Shown: positions 28,485 to 37,018 of the stretch, piece by piece
Layout of the letters: every line of letters begins with the position of its first letter
How positions within the stretch are numbered: the first letter of the stretch is position 1
Assembly: GCA_032718475.1 (NCBI GenBank)
Contig: JAUCBJ010004915.1
Span: 1 to 37,018 of the forward strand
Reading direction: 5' to 3'
DNA from: Nemertoderma westbladi
Taxonomy: Eukaryota; Animalia; Xenacoelomorpha
Length of the DNA: 37,018 nt
Program-made: the position numbers and the translations under genes
Notes under the pieces: generated by a model
What the model saw: only the letters and a program-made list of their open reading frames with translations
Told to the model about the DNA's origin: nothing
The model's database searches: none

Positions 28485-30737
28485 CGTGGGCTGAGAGTAA
28501 AAACCGTCTATATCCACTTTCAGCCATTCTGAGTTATATGCCTATTAAGTGAAGGCTACTCCAATTCCAAAATCGTCTATATCCAGATGGATATAGACGA
28601 TTTAAAAAATAATTTTTAACCCTATTAAACCCGGGGGGGGTCAATATGACCCCCCCCCGTAGTTTTTTAATTATAATTCTGAAACAAACGCAGTTGGGAA
28701 TCTGAAATTTTATGACTTTTCCTAAAAATCTATTGTCTTCCTAGTAGTGAAAACCGTTTTCAAAAATATTGATTACTTTTCGAGTTATAGCATCATTTTT
28801 TAACCCTACTTTTGGCACTTTTTTTGAGACGTTTTTTGAAAATGACATTTCATTAAATATGAATTGTAACATCTCTAATTTTGATTTACACCGGTTTTTT
28901 GGTGTTAGAAATTTGATGGAATTCATATCAATTCATTTAGAAATTTCAAACTTGTACTTTTCGGCGGGTACCAAATTTTGGTGCCAGCACCAAATTTTGA
29001 AATAAGTCAATTTTGTAAATTGAACGTTTGAAACTTGTTTTTTACGCAATTGGGTTTTTTTGGGTTTCTGGATTCGATGAAATATATACGAGTTGCACCA
29101 AGCGTATCAAACTTGTATTTTTCGGTGCTGTGTGCAAATTTTGGTGCTAGCACGAAATTTTGAAAATCCATTCAATAGATAAAATTGCTTGTGACAATTT
29201 ATTTCTTGCGTTTTAGAGGTTTATGGCTGTTCTGAATTCAATGGAAAATATAATTATCGAACTAGACATCTCAAACTTGTATTTTTCGGATGTGGGTGCA
29301 AAATGTGGTGCTAGCACCAAATTTTGAAAACCATCAAATATATCAATTGATTGTGTCACATTGTTTCTTGCGTTATACGGGTATGTGATGGTTCTGAATT
29401 CCATGGAATCAGTAAAAATTTCATAAGAGTTCTCAAACTTGTATTTTTCGCCGGTGGGTGAAAATTGTTGTGCCAGCACCAAATTTTGGAAAATATGCAA
29501 ATTGATAAGTAGATAGTATCACCTTGTTTCTTGCGTTATACGGGTTTATGAGGGTCCTGAATCCGATGGAATCAATAAAAACAGCACAGGACATCGCAAA
29601 CTTGTACTTTTTGGTGATGGGTACGAAATTTGGTGCTAGCACCAAAATTTGCCAAATTACGCCGAAAAATACAAGTAGCAATGATCTGGCATATTAGAAA
29701 TGTATTCCATTAGAATCAGCGCCCTCGAAAACCTGAAAATGTGAATTTATAGCATCGTATAAGTGAATTAAAAATTTTGTGTTCTAACTGAAAAGTGCTG
29801 GTTACTTGTTTTTTTCATTTTTTTCCTACGCAGAGATGACTAAACAGCCATTTATAGTAATCATATCATTTTTTAATATTTTCCAATGTATTTTGCACCT
29901 CAGAAAACCTGTATTGAAAAATAATTAGCCGAAAATGTAACTTTCAAATTTGGTGAAATTTGTGCACTACTTGTAATTTTGGTGCTGCAATATAACCACC
30001 CCAGTACATTTTTTAGAAAATTTTTTTTTTCGGTCGGATCCAGACAAGTGATACCTACGTACAAACAAAAAATCAGACGTTTTCGTAAATATTTGTAGAT
30101 TTTAGAGGGGGGGGTCAATATGACCCCCTCCCGGTATTTGTACAACATTTTATAGCCCGGTACTAATAGGGTTAAACCGTCTATATCCATTCAGTTGTCT
30201 GCAAAGCATGCAGTCTGCCAGTCTGTCAGGAACTGAAAGACATAAATAGGCCTACGGCAGATTTTCCTCCACCAGTACAGTATTCATTCTTACATTATTT
30301 AGATACCACTAGTAAACTGAATACTTTTTAAGTTTATCTGTATTCCATGTGGACATTATTTAGGCTGACTCTTGATTAAACTAATGAGGGGCACATCTGG
30401 TACCGGTACCGATTGTAGTTGCAGTTGAGTCTAAAATTGGAAACTGAAAGCTTATTTTCGTTTAGTATACCGGTACCTGGCAGCCTAATGGATTCCAATT
30501 TTAAAAACCGTCTATATCCATTACTGGGTTTCGTGTTTGGATATAGACGGTTTTTAAATTCAGTGCTATGTTCGAAGATTTTTGCATTTTGTTGGTGGCA
30601 AATATAATACCTTCTAAAAACCCAATGTACTATTTTTATCTGTCCAGTAGATACGTGAAGCATTCAGCTATCCATTCATAAAATTCACTAAATTTTTTTA
30701 GGATTTGGATATAGACGGTTTTTACTCTCAACCCACG
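28485..30737. mobile_element. MITE with 32-bp TIRs and 4-bp TSD (Sola-like), ~0.7 kb without the nested insert
   Basis: TIR CGTGGGYTGAGAGTAAAAACCGTCTATATCCA at both ends. ATTA at 28481-84 and 30738-41. Internal repeats of CGTCTATATCCA in both orientations. Confidence 0.75.
28620..30171 (+). mobile_element. Complete non-autonomous piggyBac-like element (1552 bp)
   Basis: TTAA|CCCTATTA...TAATAGGG|TTAA. Subterminal palindrome GGGGGTCAATATGACCCCC at both ends. No ORF. Confidence 0.88.
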
Positions 30738-30885
30738 ATTAACATTTCTGACCAAATCGGTTGCGCCACTGCGCTGTTATACGACGTATCCACAACATTT
30801 AAAATCTCTATATCAGACATATCACCGACCCTGGAGTTAAGATCCCCACAAAGAATTACTGATTCGTGCTCTACCAGTTACCATC

Positions 30886-31785
30886 AAAAAAAATTTAAAA
30901 AAATATAATAAAAAAATATATAAAAAAAATATATAAAAAAAATATATAAAAAAAATATATAAAAAAAATATATAAAAAAAATATATAAAAAAAATATATA
31001 AAAAAAATATATAAAAAAAATATATAAAAAAAATATATAAAAAAAATATATAAAAAAAATATATAAAAAAAATATATAAAACAATAAATTAAAAAAAATA
31101 ATACAACAAATTTCATAAAAAAAATTCACATAAAAAATATAATAAAAAAATATAAAATAATAGGCATAAAAAAAATATAAAAAATAATAAAAATATATAA
31201 TAAAAAAATTAATAAAAAAAAATATATAAAAAAATAAAAATATATATATGATAAAAAAATTCACAAACCAAAGGCGTCCGTCCATGAACGACTGAGATAA
31301 AATTGTCAATGTAATTTGATATCGATTGGCCACGAAGAAATTGGAAGTGATACTGATGGGCTTGTCAGATGATATACATTTGTAGGCCTACTGTTTGTTG
31401 GTGGCTCATCAGTATCTATCCACATAGGCCTACATTTTTACAAGTGAAATTTTTTTTGCAATAATTTTTTTTGGTGAATTTTTTTATCATATATTTTTAT
31501 TTTTTGATATTTTTTTTTTAATATTTTTTTTTCATAAGATTTATTTACTTTTTTTATTATATATTTTTTTTATATTTTAATTTTTTTTCCTTTTTTTTTA
31601 TTATATATATATTTTTTATATATTTCTATATTTTTTTTACAATTTTTTTTTATTTATTATATTTTTTTTATATATATATTTTTATGAATTTTATTGTATT
31701 ATTTTTTTAATTCATTTTTTTATATTTCTTTTTTTAATTTTTTTATGAATTTTTTTATAATTTTTTTATTTTTTATGTATTTATT
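30886..31785. repeat. AT-rich foldback: A-rich arm with 13-bp (AAAAAAAATATAT)n array, spacer, T-rich mirror arm
   Basis: 13-mer array at ~30910-31081. ATATATGATAAAAAAATTCAC (~31243-31264) is inverted at ~31474-31494. Confidence 0.7.
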
Positions 31786-31787
31786 TG

Positions 31788-33960
31788 TGTCATATACATT
31801 TATATATGGGGTATGACCGTTAGGTGTTTCTACCCCCTTTCTTTGTACTTGGTCTCTCTATGCTTACTTTATGTTACCGGATGTACTGTAATATACTTAT
31901 GAGTTTACAGGTACTCTGGTTAGTTATTGGCAGTCTGTTAGTCAGACATTATATCAGTATATATCAATATTAACACAGAGACCCACCCGCGGTCTAGATT
32001 AACCATGACGCAGTAATAGGTACAACCTAGACCTAACCACCTCGCAAACCAGCATTCCCCACCAACTCCCGCACTCTCAGACTCCAGGACTCTGGACTCA
32101 TGTCAGATCGCCGCGATCACAGCTTCATACTACGAGGCAGCCCACCCACATTCGACATCGAGTCTGAACGCCTCACCTGGGACCTGTGGCAGGATGAGTG
32201 GGACGCGTTCCTAATAACCTCCGGGTTGGACGCCCTTTATGTGGTGGACCCCGCCGACCCACCAGACCCCGAACTGACCGCCATTTTCCTCCGCGCTACA
32301 CAGCGCCAATGCCGGGATGCCCTGATGACTGCCTTTACACAGGCAACCAATGCCGTCGTCAAAGGCCTCGCCGGCCCTGACCCCTGAGGAGAATTATGAC
32401 ATCGCCACGATCCTGGTCCGAGTTGGAGAACACATCGACGGCGGTACAAACATCCGCATCCATCACTAGGAACTCTACCACCGCCAATGCCTCCCTGAAG
32501 AGACACTGGAGATGTTCCTCAAACACCTCCTTGACATCGCCACGAAATGTCGCTTCAGAGCACTGCACTCAGCGGAAGCGCACCTAAACGACCGCCTACT
32601 GGATCAGTTTGTGGCCGGATTCAACAACCGTGAGGTCACTGAACAACTCCTCCGCCTCGATAATGGAGTCACCCATAACGACGCCCTCAAACGCGTCCAC
32701 TCGGTCTGGGCGGCACAAAAAGATGCCACCTCCTTCAACGTCTCCATGACTACAGCCACAGCGTCCCTCAGCATGGCGACCCATTTGACCCTGACCCCAG
32801 GTTGCCAACCCCAGAACTGCCGACACCAACCACCACCTAACATCTGCCAAGTCATGGAAATCCTGCGAAGTACCTAACTTATCTAGACTTTGCTGATGAC
32901 TTAGGAGTACTTTCAGAATCACTAGAGGGAGCCCAACGGCTCCTCAGCTCATTAGAACATGCTGCTTCTAGTGTTGGTCTTTTTATTAACTCCAGAACGA
33001 CGAAAATTTTGACAGTTAACTTTGAAAGTCCTCAGCAAGTCTCTGATCGGATGAGCATAAGCTCAAAAGATGGTATGCTTGAGCATGTGGATGACTTCTG
33101 TTACCTGGGATCATGGATCCGGAAGTCAGCTGAGGACCTTCAAATACGTAAGGGAAAGGCATGGGCAGCCTTGAATAGGCTTTCCAGGATTTGGAAGTCA
33201 CCGAGAATTAATCGGAAACTTAAGGTCCGGTTATTTAGAGCAGCAGTAGTTCCAGTACTCCTCTATGGGATGAGTCCATGCTGGGCTCTAACTGCTGAGG
33301 GCACCAAATCTCTGGACGGCACATTCACAAGAATGCTACGCCGGGTTCATTGTGTCAAGTTCAATGCACACATCTCCAACCAGACACTATATAACATTGG
33401 TGGTGTCTCATTGGTTCCCCCAAGCTTGACACTAGAACAAAATCGCCTCCGCTTTGCAGGACATTGCTTTAGCCGTGAGGACCAGCCAGTGCATAATCTT
33501 GTACTTTGGCAGCCTCATGGAGTGAATAAGCATGGTGGACAGCCCATGACTTTCTTGAGACGCATCTTAATGGACACTGGCCTTGAAGATGCGGATGATC
33601 TAGCAAATGTCATGGGTGATAGGGAGTTGTGGCGGTGCAATTTTGTCGATAAGCCGGCACAGCATTCTTAAAAATGCAGCTGCAATGCAGCATGCCGATC
33701 CTAGTAGTAGTAGTATTAACATCTGCCAACAATGCGGATACCCACAGCACACTGCTGGGAAAATGTGCCCCGCCTGCGACATGCCACCACTGTGGTACAA
33801 CCAGGCATTAAGACCGTATGTGTCCTACTAAACCAAGACGACCCCGGCCACAAGCCCATGCTACCTCTGGCTCCAACAACACTGACACGTACACCGCTGC
33901 GACCAACGCTGCTGTTTCATTCGTCCTGGTCGGAGACAAACGATGCCCTGTGGGTCTCAT
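31788..33960 (+). mobile_element. gag: Gypsy (Mag-like) 5' fragment: LTR 31788-32005, PBS, degenerate gag
   Basis: TGT...CA followed by TGACGCAGTAATAGG (decayed tRNA-Ser-type PBS). gag WDLWQDEWDAFL, IATKCRF...DRLLDQFVAG. Knuckles CQQCGYPQH...CPA and frameshifted CHHCG...H....C. Confidence 0.75.
32851..33716 (+). mobile_element. RTE-clade LINE, 5'-truncated, inserted in Gypsy gag
   Basis: Same family as 22342-23636. (TAG)n tail. 13-bp TSD TAACATCTGCCAA (32838-50, 33717-29). Confidence 0.95.
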
Positions 33961-34010
33961 TTAAACCATTATTTAAAAAAAAATTAAATTTAATAATTTA
34001 ATTTAATTTC

Positions 34011-34209
34011 GAGTGAATAAGCATGGTGGACAGCCCATGACTTTCTTGAGACGCATCTTAAAGGACACTGGCCTTAAAGATGCGGATGATCTAGCAAATG
34101 TCATGGGTGATAGGGAGTTGTGGCGGTGCAATTTTGTTGACAAGCCGGCACAGCATTCTTAAAAATGCAGCTGCAATGCAGCACGCCGATCCTAGTAGTA
34201 GTAGTAGTA
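34011..34209 (+). mobile_element. RTE 3'-end fragment with (TAG)n tail
   Basis: Near-identical to 33520-33715. Confidence 0.92.
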
Positions 34210-34527
34210 TGTTGAAAATTCAACGGACCAAAACGTATCTGGTTGACAGACACCACTTGCAAGTACTGTATAAACCAGAAATTCCAATTTGCTCTTGAAC
34301 ACACTGGTAATTGATCACTTAGAATAATATTGAAATTTGAAAAGAGAATCCTTTTTTCGATTTCGATTTCGAGAATTTTCTATTTTTTGAAATTTCAGAG
34401 CAGAATTTAATCAAGATTCTCACCCGTGAGGATCCCCCAGTGTGGTTTGGTTTTGTAAGGAACCGGCTATCCGACTAGAATGATGCTATCAAAGTTATTT
34501 TTTAATTTAAATTATTGAGAAGCTTAC

Positions 34528-34650
34528 CTTTGCATTCTACACCATCGCCAGAATATCCAGTATTGCATTCACATGTGAATCCACCAACTGTATTTGTGCA
34601 ACTTGCGTTATTATGACAATTATGAGTACCGATAGAACATTCATTAATAT
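34528..34650 (-). CDS. Host gene exon: calcium-binding EGF-like domain
   Basis: TTTAG acceptor (AG at 34652-51), G|GTAAGC donor (34527). 123 bp, phase 1-1. INECSIGTHNCHNNASCTNTVGGFTCECNTGYSGDGVECK has six Cys and the CxNxxGxFxC consensus. Confidence 0.9.
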
Positions 34651-34705
34651 CTAAAGGATGAAAATATATTATACAGTTATATCAAACATTAATTTTACCG
34701 GATGT

Positions 34706-34873
34706 AGGACAATTCGGTCCCGGACAATTCGGTCCGGACAATTCGGTCCTGGACAATTCGGTCCCAAAACACTAAATAAATGGGACCGAATTGTCCGGGA
34801 CCGAATTGTCCTAGGACCGAATTGTCCGGGACCGAATTGTCCGGGAACGAATTTTCCGGGACCGAATTGTCCT
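34706..34873. repeat. Palindromic mini-element built from 15-bp GGACAATTCGGTCCC repeats
   Basis: Four forward units then six inverted units around a short spacer. Remnant units at ~35571-35602. Confidence 0.85.
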
Positions 34874-34910
34874 GTTCCTGATAGCAACTTTTTAGTGCTT
34901 TTTTGATATT

Positions 34911-35548
34911 GGTGAATGTTCTAGAACATTAGTAGAGATATTTGTTATGGTAGCTAGTGTTATTTACTTGCTATAATTTTTTGAAATTTTAAAAATACTG
35001 TATTTTTTTTATTTTTGTTATTGGTAAGTGTTCGAGACGAGTTCGAGAAGGTGTAGCTAGTGTTTTTTTTTTACTAGCTAGCATTTCCTTGAAATTATAA
35101 AAACACTTGTGAAAACATTGATATTTCAGAATTAGGCCTAAACTGTTGCTGATTATATTAATTACCAACAATATTGATGATATTATAACAGTCCCTGAAT
35201 GAGATCCAGCTATTATCTAGGATAATAATTTAGGCTTGATAACCAACCAACAACACATACAGTATACTTACGCAATATATAAAAAAAATCAGTTTTAAAC
35301 ATTTTAAATACATACTATTACTGGATAGAATAGGGAGTTGTGGCGGTGCAATTTTGTTGACAAGCCGGCACAGCATTCTTAAAAATGCAGCTGCAATGCA
35401 GCATGCCGATCCTAGTAGTAGCTACCATAACTAATAATGTTAACAAAAAAAAGTAAATTTTTTTTATTTAAAAAAAAATACTAGCTAGTTAAAAAAACAC
35501 TAGCTACCCATATAATAATATATATTAAAAGGTTCTAGAACATTCACC
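34911..35548. mobile_element. MITE with GG..CC ends and 3-bp TSD (Harbinger/Zator-like)
   Basis: TIR GGTGAATGTTCTAGAAC at both ends. ATT at 34908-10 and 35549-51. Internal inverted TAGCTAG motifs. Confidence 0.65.
35330..35421 (+). mobile_element. RTE extreme 3' fragment
   Basis: Matches the RTE terminus ...GCATGCCGATCC(TAG)3. Confidence 0.9.
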
Positions 35549-36110
35549 ATTATATAGTACCAATTAAATTTGGTCCCGGACAATTCGGTCCTGGACAATT
35601 CCTGACGATAAAAACTATTATAGACTAATAATATTAGGCCTAGGACTACTAATTATATTAATAAATGATTCCTATATGTATGGAAGCCTATTCGGGTTAC
35701 TAATTTATATTTCAATAAAAAAATGTGGAAAAAATATGTTCTCTAATGAGATTCCCAACGTACCTTATATGGAACATGGCTGTAACTTCTGAACAACCAA
35801 TGGGGTCCTATATAACTTATGTAAGAACTTATAAAGTTTGTGTTATAAAGTATAGAGTTTGTGGAGAATGCCTTTCCAAAAAATTTAGAAAAAAATATGT
35901 GCTCTAATGCCCAACGCACCTTAAATGGAACATAGCTGTAACTTCTGAACAAACACTTTTTTTGCAAAAGTGTAAAAGTAAAGTTTTTTTTGGGCCATTT
36001 TGAGTTAGTTTCCAAAATATGAAACATTTTTGACATGGGCAAGTAGGGGTGGGCATTAGACGGTTAAACTAGTAAATAGTTTAAAACTGTATTTTATTGT
36101 ATACACTTAC

Positions 36111-36319
36111 GTATTTGTTCAAACACTTCCACCTCAAAGATATTGATAATATCAGATTCATGGTAAATAACGACATATCTTCCAGATAATGCCAATCCTC
36201 CTTCGCCTTGGCATGTTACGTTGATGATGAGATCTGTGGATGTTATTTTCTCGCAAAGTTGATCGCTGTTAATCTCAAGACTGTTAAATTCTCAGCCAGA
36301 TTGTTTAACGACAAAAAAC
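36111..36319 (-). CDS. Host gene exon: C-terminal half of an F-type lectin domain (5' part apparently damaged)
   Basis: DQLCEKITSTDLIINVTCQGEGGLALSGRYVVIYHESDIINIFEVEVF matches the FTP C-terminus (GRYV.I...EVEV). Donor GTAAGT at 36110 is phase 1, compatible with the EGF exon. In-frame TGA at ~36292-94; acceptor uncertain. Confidence 0.65.
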
Positions 36320-36530
36320 CTAGTAATGTGTATCAAATTAAACATTGGTCTATACTATATGTTATTAAAATCATTTAATTGCAATGCCAATACCAATAAT
36401 AGTTAACAATAAATATTGCAAATTGATGTTGAGTTAATATTTATAGAGTAATAGTAATATTTATTTATACAGTTGTGTAGAGCGCGTCCAGTTGTTTCTT
36501 GAACTTAAGAGCCGATGCGTTGTTGATTAA

Positions 36531-37018
36531 CCCTATTAAACCCGGGGGGGGGGGGTGTCAATATGACCCCTCCCGTGGTTTTTTTATTATAATTCTGAAA
36601 CAAACGGAGTTGGGTATCTGAAATTTTATGACTTTTCCTAAAAATCTATTGTCTTCATGGTAGTGAAAACCGTTTTCAAAAATATTGGGTACTTTTCGAG
36701 TTATAGCACCATTTTTTAACCCTACTTTTGGCACTTTTTTGAGACGTTTTTTGAAAATTACATTTCATTAAATATGAATTGTAACATCTCTATTTTTGAT
36801 TTACACCGGTTTTTTGGTGTTAGAAATTGGATGGAATTCATATAAATTGATTTGGAAATTTCAAACTTGTTTTTTTCGATGGGTGCCAAATTTTGGTGCC
36901 AGCACCAAATTTTGAAATAAGTCAATTTTGTAAATTGATTGTTTGAAACTTGTTTTTTACGCAATTGGGGTTTTTTGGGGTTCTGGATTCGATGAAATAT
37001 ATACGAGTTGCACCAAGC
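36531..37018 (+). mobile_element. piggyBac-like MITE copy, running off the window
   Basis: TTAA|CCCTATTAAACCCGGG. Highly similar to 28620-29103. Confidence 0.9.

Larger units (their letters stand above)
28240..30880 (-). pseudogene. Decayed LINE APE endonuclease, split by the MITE at 28485-30737
   Basis: VILCGDLNSRVG (~30826-30860), then across the insertion NGKSLFDIC, W.SELDL and GSDHATL (~28262-28283): APE motifs in the correct order. Confidence 0.7.

Noticed and set aside
30884-31333. F/Y/I-rich membrane-protein-like ORFs
   Set aside because: Translation of an AT-rich 13-bp tandem repeat.
34658-34906. GQFGP / GPNCP repeat peptides
   Set aside because: Translation of the 15-bp palindromic repeat.
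35729-35952. ~65-bp direct repeat pair about 160 bp apart
   Set aside because: Real, but only two copies and no interpretable context.

Overview
AT-rich metazoan (probably invertebrate) genomic DNA, not prokaryotic. The window is mostly intron of a minus-strand mosaic gene. Its exons encode an F-type lectin (FTP) C-half (~36111-36319), a Ca-binding EGF module (34528-34650) and an FTP N-half (6310-6563). The ~28 kb intron 6564-34527 is filled with nested transposons. A minus-strand BEL/Pao retrotransposon (8766-~24536) is split by a 6.9 kb TIR transposon (15206-22113; 6-bp TSD, TAT..ATA ends, IS3EU-like) that has mirrored 59-bp arrays, carries a HECT E3-ligase-like gene and itself hosts a Penelope fragment with a variant hammerhead motif. 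The same BEL gag is also split by an RTE LINE. A diverged, inverted copy of the BEL LTR (24537-26012) sits where the 5' LTR should be. Further right are a second BEL relic, a decayed LINE endonuclease, Sola-like and piggyBac-like MITEs, and a Mag-type Gypsy 5' end with another RTE insertion. At the left, a near-pure 3.3 kb (TCTG)n tract lies inside a Tc1/mariner-type TIR element. The long QTDR/SVCL ORFs are microsatellite artefacts. All family assignments come from motifs, termini and TSDs read by eye; no database searches were run.
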